The position numbers and the translations under genes are program-made. 64,000 nucleotides of DNA from the IMG/VR virus record IMGVR_UViG_3300037465_000544. The stretch is one strand, 5' to 3'. Every line of letters begins with the position of its first letter. The first letter of the stretch is position 1. This document shows, piece by piece, positions 45,201 to 51,175 of the stretch. The notes beneath the pieces are model-generated. The model did no database searches, was not told where the DNA came from, and saw only the letters and a list, made by a program, of their open reading frames with translations. The DNA is from a virus.

Positions 45201-47325
45201 GTTTTTTTATGTCTTCTTCTAACCCCTTTGTTTCTGAACCTGTAGATTTTGCTTCTGCTAACTGCTTTTCTTTCTCTTCAAGCTCAGCACTAATTTCTTT
45301 TTGTTGCAATCCATTATTTAAAGCTTCTTTTACAATACTTACATCCCCTTCTACTTTTTCCATAAAGGACGCAGAATTAATTCCCAAATCCTCTTTAATA
45401 GATTTGTAAAGATTGAACTTTTGCATTAAAGTATCATACACTAAATCATTATGACTCTTTACGTTTCCGGATTTAGATGAAGAGTAATCCATTACAGATC
45501 CGGAAGAATCTAAATGAGAATATCCTAAATTTCTTTTTTTATACGCATCCTCAATAACCTTCCTTAAATCATTTTCTTTATTGGAGGCAAAAATAGTCGC
45601 AAATGTATCATCCTGCTCTTTTCTTTTAAACCCTCCCGACATTGCATCCATAAATCCCCCCAAAATAGCACCGCCAATAAAACTTTCCCCAATCCGGTTT
45701 AATGTTTCTTCTGAAAAAAATTCAGTACCATATTTCCCCTTCCCTTTAACAGCATCCTTGTCTGCAAATCCGATATCATAAATATTCTCCATGGCTGCAT
45801 ATCCTGCCTCTTCTAAAGACTCCTGAGTTCCTTCGCGAACAGCTCCTTCCGTAACAGGAGATTTAATCAAAAATTTTCCTCCCTGACCAACTTTATCAAT
45901 AAGCCACTTGCTTGATCTGGTGGCAATATTCAAAGCGGCCTGTTCGGTCATTTTCCCGCCAGTCTGTTGCAACTCGTGAGTAATTTCTTTGACGATCACC
46001 TTTTTAAGATCCGGGCCATGCTGAACAAGACCTTTAATCAAATAAGGAGAAGAGATTAATTTTTCGGTAAGAAAAATCATCGGAGATGCAGCCCAAGTCA
46101 TTAAAGCAGCATCGTCTTTGCTAAGGCCGGCCTCTCTTGCAGCACGGTAATTCATTCCCATCATTTGCCCGGTTCCTACAAGAGATGTTGATGTAGTCAG
46201 TGCACCGACATTCTTTGAAACATAATTATTGGCGAATGCCTTAGCGGCATCTCCGGTAAGGCCCTTTGATGCAGCAATCTTTAGTCCTGCATTCGCCAGC
46301 AATTTTGCTCCTACGACAGCTATCCCTCTTTGAGGAAGAATATAAGCAAGTCCTGCACCAAATTGGGTAAAAAAACCTTCAACACTTCCAAACCAGCCTG
46401 CATTTACGGCCTCTTCACTGGGCTTATATTTTAGACGATTTGCAAAAGATATAAGAGCATTTGTATATTGATCAGGAGTGTTAATAAAGTCAAGCTGTTT
46501 TTTGTCTTTTAATACAGGAGAAATTTTATTAAAAGTATCCTGCAAAGGAGTAGGCCATATTTTTGCAATAGTTCCTACCGACTCGATGGTTTCGGGAATC
46601 AATGCAGAAAGAAAGCTTCCTAAAGAATTTGCCACTGCACTTCCATATTGTTCTTGTGGCCCCCAAATACTACGAATCTTCTTGTTGTAAACTTCATCGT
46701 AAGCACTCTGTTCTTTCCAATAGGGCTTGTCCAAAGGTAAATTTGTTTCCGGATCAACCTCTTGCAATACCCAGGTTGTGCTCAACTTATCCCAAAGAGT
46801 GGGCTTTAGCTCTTCTCCTTTTTTTGTAATAAATGGATTAAGGTCGGCCATTTGCTCAGTCGTCATCAATGGAGAATATTCCTTCCCCCATTGCGTATCA
46901 GTTAAATCATAGTAAGGATTATTTTCAGAATAAAGGACAAGTGCCTTTTGCATATTCTGAACTCCCAATGCAGATACAGCATTTACCGGAGCGTTTTTGT
47001 TTGCAGATTTGTCGTAATTTCCCTTTTGGTAAAGGTCGTAATAATCTTTAATTATCTTATAGTCATTTTCAAAAAGCTCTTTATTTCCGCGGTAGAGATA
47101 GTCGTATTTTTTTTGAAGTGTTTCTTTGTCAAACAAAATCGGCTGAGTGCCTTTTTCCTCTTGATTCTGATACATGGTTGCAAAAAACGAACCCGGATTA
47201 AAATTATCTTGCTGTGCAATCGTAAGGTCGGTCATAGCCCCAAAAAAATCAAGTTTTGATGGAGAGGCGTCCATCTTTTCCTGCAAAGTAGGAGAAGTGG
47301 TAAGTTGACTTATTGATTTTGGCAT
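30193..47325 (-). CDS. Giant virion RNA polymerase polyprotein with SF1 helicase and zincin domains
   Basis: DFDID at 35626-35640 with KTQDG and RTP. Helicase motifs GYAGTGKT (43489-43512), DEAS (43270-43281), GDQSQ, TAVTRAK. HExxH at 40237, 32344 and 30622. Confidence 0.85.
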   Translation of the reverse strand: MPKSISQLTTSPTLQEKMDASPSKLDFFGAMTDLTIAQQDNFNPGSFFATMYQNQEEKGTQPILFDKETLQKKYDYLYRGNKELFENDYKIIKDYYDLYQKGNYDKSANKNAPVNAVSALGVQNMQKALVLYSENNPYYDLTDTQWGKEYSPLMTTEQMADLNPFITKKGEELKPTLWDKLSTTWVLQEVDPETNLPLDKPYWKEQSAYDEVYNKKIRSIWGPQEQYGSAVANSLGSFLSALIPETIESVGTIAKIWPTPLQDTFNKISPVLKDKKQLDFINTPDQYTNALISFANRLKYKPSEEAVNAGWFGSVEGFFTQFGAGLAYILPQRGIAVVGAKLLANAGLKIAASKGLTGDAAKAFANNYVSKNVGALTTSTSLVGTGQMMGMNYRAAREAGLSKDDAALMTWAASPMIFLTEKLISSPYLIKGLVQHGPDLKKVIVKEITHELQQTGGKMTEQAALNIATRSSKWLIDKVGQGGKFLIKSPVTEGAVREGTQESLEEAGYAAMENIYDIGFADKDAVKGKGKYGTEFFSEETLNRIGESFIGGAILGGFMDAMSGGFKRKEQDDTFATIFASNKENDLRKVIEDAYKKRNLGYSHLDSSGSVMDYSSSKSGNVKSHNDLVYDTLMQKFNLYKSIKEDLGINSASFMEKVEGDVSIVKEALNNGLQQKEISAELEEKEKQLAEAKSTGSETKGLEEDIKKLHANLSGLKSSFDDILSGKRISDKTKQNLISNFYEGNKDYIKSMFAPVLAATQVDEFSKKLSEDKKLYKEALIQEKAKGVEVRNTYDDSIKALEDSNPEQLDANFFTALSNLRTQIDKYGIDSGKAKKLLDVLETKKAELLKSAESIFEAEELKAMQQSSMIDEAIDEEAYISSITQGLQQKNKMDLATNLSNLFSQDFLPSQKTIEEAEKAFEENENAFVNEYYTSYVPSGQESSYSINKVLDDIIMRVINGQETDTDIKTIEEIKQATGTKAIIASLQNNIYNKLPEKYVLLPKDGLPTLEQAKQLSESFGEIYNKIQFLEMAIGQNKLDRQNRQARIKANDVAIRFKLAEMIHPNITDEKVSSALNSVLDQIREDRQKMVASIKDNKFDDELISRVYSGVVQAESIIHSELNSDPELMKRSLIYAKGTWNLEAISGGYENPIEFKSKSFDSLYDHAFFDSVGSLRNPSDKVFATLVFINNLLTLQRGNPYDFYIRYEKLLSVIKSGDSIPSYEQQQLIRHIDSFLQDSDNSFIKEAKNIIRPKSKDASTKFYLNNSLFVRGYAGTGKTQMIAKSAAEMMGIRLRRRINVAIVAPGINLAANVAASVSRATGESKTYTLEDFISKGEKALDGIDLLIIDEASMISEEQLEQLDKIINGEYSVPAIMMGDQSQMPPMNEKQFTDSFVHVAVENVMERTLPITEIYRTGVDSIWNIQSALRNSMFSENRLISWPITTYNEERTQGVEYIDSNNPEEILSIFKNDFSEPSRRASTALIFLTKQERADAINKLMQDTDFVSRVSAEAINNSVFHMEGGVGSVLGHEFDNVYVGFSQTEKNKNIYSRAMLTAVTRAKSYVALLNTEGRSRIGEVLRAKDLSSEEKSEQKTKETNEIAFIVKPHKLTRTFDLKKEYADFREKVLSLKKGQQIVLTTVGTVSFPELEGLVGTIGGFKEERTYLNERGYEKEYYVDSDTNTDFVVFKVEGNPDLDRIVHVSQIEVYNKKKSEKKSQEKKKAGKRTAAAKKTSAKKRTGKKTQPAPDVNPPRDYNWKYSEGMGILRGDLYIDKLSEEEVVEPVNVYRQDEITYVEMSNGHSEPLNSFWKRYERTSVRKSMPKSPADYTFFAKKYNSSAEKLMYVNTFASAESGKQTENAHSKIKLALLSQIAQSTKSKYARKEKANIYYYKKYSLNTGTELKEFNNVLVLRYPDIKHVVAVAKSIGINVTEQQAVANGYDILGVLHTHQTSADLSKPSADNLPVEYNEALANKYLEKVKSGFEGHENAAALMDYNFALIKLRSIGSSHPEGFVGQVTMSEFGSGTLISKTGTANDYQPMSSLIKDLRAKGFYVSDFVYMDTQAYKTSSGENRPAMILEVSAGKGLPVTRVFVDSPYLYENKEEIKNIQRQLQEMKKQSGLNKQDIESSRAYKTLNFNRSLLHTNGKFHIPALENYLRVRDNIFINTKASKDDIAGQLNALIKAFDIISAEIERANPRATRLYAVAFKENSSKGLSQYKITEESAKKLKTRITDVYYPQLYVSLASIFKNKTSDIQGDSASEKKDNLIRSLLANMKNNMKDDINRAKSKPSMSDEEVRESREKVIQYYKRVLGSDFLSRRLEFAPRVTLNGKELYGLVKMGKVILEETKDGIEIGTKRHEAIHIILNYVLDEDSKNKILNAVKQVIAAERGGISVLSITDEVADEWLANKYETEYEDPKTLIGKFLHWLRRVFRGLKTHGSVIDELLYNIEFGKYKDEEFSDSDADITRTKEKEDYEEYSDEESEQERGYLKKKHKFTKKGKGLSSIGKLTGLQAKEFGKKKQFKYADYNNLKSFFGSADAVNIARKNVAEVLLKSSNYNGNIEDEPKTIKETINSVLNIFEENAKSMNISVNITTDDGQKLNTFNDINETNLHYLDSDRQMEYFYWRMGNKNILLRLIQKTFPSINIYKLINSDESAPIVQENDEFVDMTLEDQLFMFHENTIREGVETRNFTDTVSPFVKWNLETLRLKDGSFVNIVKMHKILVDGFSRAKQPSLTSLRESLEDIMGNTTTESDVKEHIEAFINKFLNTNIEVEDKSNFSHAYLEGNYKEISNHYPEFVASIGAKAQYSSSLLNAIVYAYGSVVPKPYVKWRITTGINSEAIFPSVNDSDDWKNRISEMLSTSFEFNDAGVQLSESFVSTIKGEDKKYDISEKGISHVDGTPIITFITKGGALNSVVMAPGVTARDIKMLMNNIGVKISLPAIKTFLFGTENTSLLGDRNYSYTPNRLAEIVAAWYLSSVNLLAKQEGATSFAGPFISQYYTKMGINPTSLNEAVKTDEGIEISDEAKTEELVIKPQDFFVLNRNLAKAQAYATGNGNIRYYFGVDGRKIYIDTPSGTAYNYFRTSGDGERASDYLKENPQDVLQGNPALIRQGVILNPYLDINSPMSVISMNIADGIENGNLGKKIGKMTKKDYIAVSVNSFINSAITSFNKSEQLQIPGQNISDKNKQYVWNVRFASSDEPNSKFIIRQGDKIFLNTSIVSTNISKIFIYHENSRDLSLQKWFNFLSSIPRVNISESDLEVWKENPEQLNGILANLSKNLPGFKKMVEKSGLVLTKDFLLSPDGTTVAAGKATIFNIDDIFNLNNYRKLKESSDKMATIRELFEERFMNMASFFSSAGYQHVPAHLELAGFDSFESYYKRNEDGSVSLNPFFEGFMYAYMINNHFTTQIIQGDNTLFTDLPDFFKRAAGPDAPMQKFRTDSKFGIAKTSLVAIVNDTYETNHEVVEILKKQSVDEALALKIATVKTQDGLGLLNPIMQELLKKSSGAEAGGMGNGMYKPVYFKQGLYFKYALLPLTAQTMENSPLAKSYFDKMFLSEDLRNKFYEYVAQEGFDFAVRKTAYDIAVSGRQNEIIGQVVFKSSVKSGASKINDLEDESWETVEIDNDFFGLQLNPEQDINDTEVALFTQILAQTGIGQSGAKQLERIKNINETQKTIAAIQTKSIFDDIISQEGRNNREKFFAYLKKMGLKASEQMGEVGQIVDMLNNRSITPDLPILRTKLIQMFGNKITKNAIKPPMNGVRMNQAPAFLFDIFDYQGQIMMRKDLRAIGLDDKQIDALPKRGLKPNEIIIPFSYVAQFGINPNMSVQQAREFIAANSPEKLQTFEKLLNVIFARTPSSAPSGAGLGRVVGWINDNSNTIYISSAKNVLDGSDFDIDQLSVYFNYVDEQGNLPALGTIEFYQNKLLGLVMDYYNDPENYEITHTPTSLSEIKDFLKQKEERDPSLKRIKSLFGKFNDFSSNAYMYEQIHSGKDIVGIAANANKAYSFLNHAINVNNFRSKEQKISNMISGFEMSANGKTDTGKFVIQFLSELLNASVDNAKELILGAFNVGLINANSLMAMAIRGYDTVRALSFFQNPEILAAINDVYVRQSITPLLVGGQVIRGGRNKFGKPYTLVDAIHNQITRLQNEPVIPVTAERIAELENILSEADIEEYQEAKESGSFRAGANLDLDQIALELSKLKQDLPNAMNEAAAYRSKQIKNLQEFLDHVYLGEQIRRMNNILSLNVNGIPVFDYELDKMIEDIEFSLNQSLEDYLSGKKQKNTEWYLSKKSFLSPEELSEEKAKEKAIRKFINIGAVIDTLPHIKEYLNTLYTIREFYSGSVDNKGNFNIGFLRNSPLVKEIFNRFFESKKINFPSEKKYYAFYNQLEKFFIALYFNQKHQTAILPSTTSLITGSEMINISTPEGRYRYGMEFPQFVSNLIDEIKSNDEMKDHVGNKFLNRLSYDKNDTIGPILELRDGASINEQQKADIISDFNKLDQIQPGLKEKFALYHLMKDGFVFRQNSIGQVMDSSIFAGFNSFLDELSVYAMQDANEKETYLDLGNGKSASLFDILDNVFLADVATYETDLLDYYNDSWTEDTRPDQYKEGKRYGIYNSIGMVKSDNPQVIYKGKFLDRFNPYNPAESTITSGQTFKRMSYEKYKEFKKGHNVVIKNANARGYSNGAAFLSDGTVVDLLIDKKKNQITIKHKNSNIAYSIDEEEVAYNERLKRVNYSLKTVAILTSERGKAIIEKGKKNNWSIDKILQEAQVPKEQVELLKQQEGDTIEDKLVNFIANYSQVIEINVATHEKHKVGQVLTDEYGQEFTVTQDMLNSRSVQAGDPTQIYKNLTAHGNTREEIEKNRQRELEELDKLFNKNNYYKNNSNYKQYNNDNLFNEFANLKGYNTKDVLNTVKNKTEDEHLKRVIDVLITNSSKIDNIIKFNGVENFSWTKTALARFNPNEGIIALNKNAKNIWSETEILEGIVHEYIHAYTVKALESRKTVEEKQFYNDIISIFQELKNNTINKKAYGFTNIKEFVSEILSNSEFRNSLKQEKIGIFKKIINAVLNLFGIKTNNISDRNLKNIEKAFDVILNFIPKSNPSLAIGRNYYQDKTYEEQKIKINAKYDKALQNLSERPYIEGDWEYKELRIQVPNMKLNDAARKHEPFSTGDDIAHIRASFNNKTGEVVIHEMQSDPFQDNVKKTFENENSAKDYAEQLKQTYNNVTIKKIQENGVDKWQVTGREKKQLALNKITNATDAFSNLGKKINYKESDNQFLQLLNQKDNWVKFITQSIIQQSAKQGFTTIKFPTGNTTVKIEGGSTIEEFRKEKEDRIKELEYRLDNKQNELRTAKLIDSDKRILERQIAKIPNQINRLKQELKTLEEQGLTGTFGGVFKFYETQLKNVLDKAGYNPKLVTDEYGNTWNEITIDLKRDLSDIIFSSSSEKGVINKMSKYFDNDKENLRKYFMSYDKREILRMIMNNSNLSHFRTLASILLNMPNNYILAKGNVRLMDTKTEYRFTVPNSNGQVANAFFELDSNNFYMNLDKIKSGLRYEATFLHELMHQLTLAVFRKDRNTMTANEIEFVDAITNLYNEAKNVLPQNVYYGLTNVGEFISEAFVNPEFQKALAGIESKMKGSPSFWDRFIDALTGFINRMFPEGAPVVPNSVLEKVIKITSDYVVGKVESINFGNDVSDIDVENKLKECL

Positions 47326-47328
47326 ATT

Positions 47329-49200
47329 TTACTGTTTATCAAAAACAATGTTTTTATCATAAATGTCTTTATTTATCTGTTGATTCTGCTGCTGTTGCTG
47401 AATCATTGTTTGAGCATTTTGATTTGCCTGGAAATTAATTGAACTTGGCTGGAACGGATTAACCAAATCCAGAGCATTAGAAGGATTAATTGGAACCTTT
47501 ACCTCAATCAAATACTCATCTGAATTATTTGGATTAATTTGCAATATTCCTTTTTCCAAAAGATTATCTTTAGCAAAATCTCCCAGAAACCATGATTCTT
47601 CTAAATCCTGATAAGTATATTCTCCTGTATCGGTATTCATTTGTGGCAGCAAAATATCATCAATCACGTCTTCACTAATGCTAATTTTAAGCGGCATAAA
47701 ACCGACAAAAGGATTTTTTGGACTTGTTACCATATTGCCATCTCCGTCTTTTTGAGGAGTCTGATCATACATATTATTAATATCAAACTGCCCGTTTTTC
47801 ATATTTGGAAGCGGCATTGCTACGACTTGTCCGGTAATACCATGAACTTTTGCACCATATTTATCAAACCAATACTGAAGATTTACAGGAGATCCGCCTA
47901 ACGAAGAAATACCGGCTTTACCAAAATACCCCGCCGGCAAAGTCGGATTGCCATCACTATTTTTAGACTTTGTAATTATATCATTATAAAAATCTTTAGT
48001 CTTTTCATCCATCGCAACAGTTTTTGAAAATACAGGAGTAAGCGTTGCAACTCTTTTCCCGTCTTTTATTGTTACGCCTGTAACAATATTTTGCGTTTCA
48101 GTCGTTTTGGACAAATCGCCAAATATAGCCGGACTTGCACCGGCATAAAGAGACAGTGCATTTACTTTCATTTTGTTTGCTACATCTCCGGATACATCAC
48201 CACTTAAAATCTGGGAGCTTATACGCTTATCTGATTTGGTTTGAACATAAGCTTTTGCTAAATCGGTAATATAATTTGGAACATAGACATCCCGAAAGTA
48301 TTTTTTTGCTTCATCGGCATTAAATGTGCCATCTTTGATTTGCTTTGAAAATTTACTGATATACTCAGGAGAGTCAATGAATTCATTCCATAATCCTGCT
48401 ATACTTTTTTGTGAAATATTTTCTGCAAAAAAGGAAGAGGCCTCCTCCAATCCCTTAACATTACTTCCTCCGGAAGTATAAACCGATTGAAGTAATCGAG
48501 CGGAAGTTTCCGTAGAAGGGTCCCCCGGTACGGCATTAAAACCAATACTGCCCACTCCTTGTGTTTCTGAACCGAAAGTGCTAATGCCAACTTTGTCAAA
48601 AAGCCCCTTGATCTCCTCTTGTGCATCTTTGGCAGTAGAAAAATCAGAGGTCATTACAAGATCGGGGGCGTTTTTAAAATTCCACGATGGATCATAATAC
48701 CGACTTGAAATTGCATCCGTATTTCGTATCCAATCTTTTTTATTAGGGTCCCAAATTGCCCCCATATACCCTTTCCCCTGAGTGAAAGCCTGATTGCCGG
48801 CTGCATTATCAACTGTTTGTTTCCAGAAATCTTCCGCTTTTTCTTTATGTTCCTTCAACTGCAATATTTCAACCGGAGAAGTGTTAATCTTTGCGTATGC
48901 CTGTTTAAAAGCCGGATCAGTCATAGCAAAGTCGTAGTTATTCCCATATTTAGAAAAAATCTCCTCCATTTCCCGAATACCCTGTTGACGCTCCTCTTCT
49001 ACAACTGCCATATCTTGACTAATTGCATCTTTTATGTCAGGAGATTCAAGTTTGGGGCGTTTTTGTTCGGCAGCTTTTTTTGCCTGATATTTAAAATCAG
49101 CGTATTTTATTGCGGGGCTAATATCCAACCCACCTGATCTTTGATAAGAGAGAAACATTGGGCTGTTTCCTCCCCCTATGGTTTCAAATACCGAAGGCAT
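47329..49200 (-). CDS. Internal virion (ejection) protein
   Basis: 623 aa directly upstream of the vRNAP gene; 1-nt stop/start overlap with the preceding gene. Confidence 0.65.
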   Translation of the reverse strand: MPSVFETIGGGNSPMFLSYQRSGGLDISPAIKYADFKYQAKKAAEQKRPKLESPDIKDAISQDMAVVEEERQQGIREMEEIFSKYGNNYDFAMTDPAFKQAYAKINTSPVEILQLKEHKEKAEDFWKQTVDNAAGNQAFTQGKGYMGAIWDPNKKDWIRNTDAISSRYYDPSWNFKNAPDLVMTSDFSTAKDAQEEIKGLFDKVGISTFGSETQGVGSIGFNAVPGDPSTETSARLLQSVYTSGGSNVKGLEEASSFFAENISQKSIAGLWNEFIDSPEYISKFSKQIKDGTFNADEAKKYFRDVYVPNYITDLAKAYVQTKSDKRISSQILSGDVSGDVANKMKVNALSLYAGASPAIFGDLSKTTETQNIVTGVTIKDGKRVATLTPVFSKTVAMDEKTKDFYNDIITKSKNSDGNPTLPAGYFGKAGISSLGGSPVNLQYWFDKYGAKVHGITGQVVAMPLPNMKNGQFDINNMYDQTPQKDGDGNMVTSPKNPFVGFMPLKISISEDVIDDILLPQMNTDTGEYTYQDLEESWFLGDFAKDNLLEKGILQINPNNSDEYLIEVKVPINPSNALDLVNPFQPSSINFQANQNAQTMIQQQQQNQQINKDIYDKNIVFDKQ

Positions 49201-51158
49201 TAACTTTGTGTTTTAGTTGCTAACCATTCTTCGAGTGTCATTATGGTCTTCTCTCCGTTTTCCAATGTTTTAAACAATGGATTGTTAGGATCGTTCATAC
49301 CAATTTTGCTTAATCGGTTGTATTCATCAATATCCGATTGAACATTTATTCCCTTATTTGCATAATCCAATTTTATTTTATTATTCAAATAATCTTTGCC
49401 GATACCTCCAAGAGTGGATATATTTTCAGAGAGAACTTGTCCTTTCATTAATCTGAAATTGCGTTTATTTTCCGCCTCCCGCTGCATATAATTATTTATA
49501 TTCGAAAGATTATACAAACTGGCCCTGTTTTTTTCATCCGTTATACGCACCTTTTCCTGCTCTTTCAATTCGTATATCTTGGAAGCGTCATCCATGGCCT
49601 GGCGAAGATCATTACCATGAATACCTACATTGGCTAAAGCAAGCTGTCCGCCACCCAAACTACGGGCATAATAACGTGCAGTAGCACTGCTGCGTTCACG
49701 TTGATTTTCCAACATATTTTTCATTCCTTCATAATCCTTTTCGTAAAATTGCGGATTGTATTCAATCGGCTTTGGACTCTCCTGGTATTTTTGAAGAAGG
49801 TTATAGATTCCCATGCCAACAGTTGCTCCGGCTTCAGCCAAAGCGAAATTTCTATTCAACCGTTCCGCATCACTTAAATCAGAAGATTTATTTTGTTTTT
49901 GTGATGACGGCTGTTGTAGAGTTTGTGTAACCGGACTTTGTTTTGAAGCATCATATTGCAAATCAGCCTCCTCTTCAGGAGTCAAAGGAATACCATCTTT
50001 TTGTTTCTGCTTAAGCATTCCGTAATATCCTTCCGGATTATCCTCAATGCTTTTCTGATAATCCTGCTCTTGCTGTTCTTGATTTGTCAGTTTCGTTTGA
50101 GGATTAAAATAGGTGGGAGCAGTTTTATCAATCATTTCTTCAGAAGGTCTTTCCTGCCCATAAAATTCTCCCTGTCGTAATATATTTGGATCGTTTGATA
50201 ACAAGTCTATCCCGGAAAGTGGTTCAAGTGTCGCATCTTTGTCTGGAGGCAATTCGTCCAAATCAGACTCAATACTCTCCCAATCAATCTGATCATCTTT
50301 CGGACCGCCTTGCTGATAAGAAAGCATACTAAAAACAGAAGGGTTTTTATAAGAATTATTATACTGCGAATTTGGAGTGAAAAACTTTTCTTTATTATAC
50401 TCTCCGCCCATTATCCGATTAAATTGTTCATCCTGCTTAGGATTAAGCACCATTTCTTTCGAGGAAATGTTAGCATTGCCATTTGTATCATTCGCTTTCA
50501 ACTTCTTGTCAGGATCGTAACCAAGAAATGCAAGCAAACTTTGAGCTATTTTAATTTTTGGATCATCTTTTGAGTTGCTGTCATTTGGTATCACGTAACT
50601 TCCGCGACTTAAACTTATTTGTTTGTCATCTGCCTTTGAATTTTCATTTCCGGAAATTATTCCATACTTTCCTCCGGTATTAAAGCCATTGGAATCTTCG
50701 TCAGCTGCCATATATTCATTGCTGTTGTTAAGGGCATAATAAAGCGAAAGTTTTTGTCGCGGGTTAAGTTCTTTCTTATAACTTCCTCCGTGCATTAATC
50801 CGGGAACTTCTCCTTGCATATAACCTTCCGGACTACTATAAACATTTCCAGTTCTTTTCCGTTTCAAAGCTTCAAGATTTCGTTTTTCTTCTAAATCCTC
50901 TATACGCTCTTCATTTCTTTTTCCGGAAGTAACCACGTCTGCAATAAATCCGGGCACTAATGTAAGGGCAGACAACCCTCCCGTTGCTCCTAATAACGAA
51001 GGATTAAGGCCTAATTGAGCAGCAAGCTTGGTATATTTAAGGTTTTCATCCTCTTCGAGTCCGCTTAATGTATTTTGTGCAAGAGCAGACCAAGGAACTC
51101 CCCCGCCATCGCCATAACTCATTGTCTCGTAAATTGATTTTTTAGTTTTTCCTTTCAT
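49200..51158 (-). CDS. Internal virion (ejection) protein
   Basis: In-frame ATG at 51158 (MKGKTKKS) downstream of a promoter; G/A-rich helices and a GG...GSYVIP segment. Confidence 0.65.
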   Translation of the reverse strand: MKGKTKKSIYETMSYGDGGGVPWSALAQNTLSGLEEDENLKYTKLAAQLGLNPSLLGATGGLSALTLVPGFIADVVTSGKRNEERIEDLEEKRNLEALKRKRTGNVYSSPEGYMQGEVPGLMHGGSYKKELNPRQKLSLYYALNNSNEYMAADEDSNGFNTGGKYGIISGNENSKADDKQISLSRGSYVIPNDSNSKDDPKIKIAQSLLAFLGYDPDKKLKANDTNGNANISSKEMVLNPKQDEQFNRIMGGEYNKEKFFTPNSQYNNSYKNPSVFSMLSYQQGGPKDDQIDWESIESDLDELPPDKDATLEPLSGIDLLSNDPNILRQGEFYGQERPSEEMIDKTAPTYFNPQTKLTNQEQQEQDYQKSIEDNPEGYYGMLKQKQKDGIPLTPEEEADLQYDASKQSPVTQTLQQPSSQKQNKSSDLSDAERLNRNFALAEAGATVGMGIYNLLQKYQESPKPIEYNPQFYEKDYEGMKNMLENQRERSSATARYYARSLGGGQLALANVGIHGNDLRQAMDDASKIYELKEQEKVRITDEKNRASLYNLSNINNYMQREAENKRNFRLMKGQVLSENISTLGGIGKDYLNNKIKLDYANKGINVQSDIDEYNRLSKIGMNDPNNPLFKTLENGEKTIMTLEEWLATKTQS

Positions 51159-51175
51159 GTCATGAAAATATATTT

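Noticed and set aside
30193-47325. Intein or homing-endonuclease insertion explaining the size of the RNAP gene
   Set aside because: No intein splice-junction, LAGLIDADG or HNH motifs recognised by eye; the AT-rich segment encodes protease-like domains instead.
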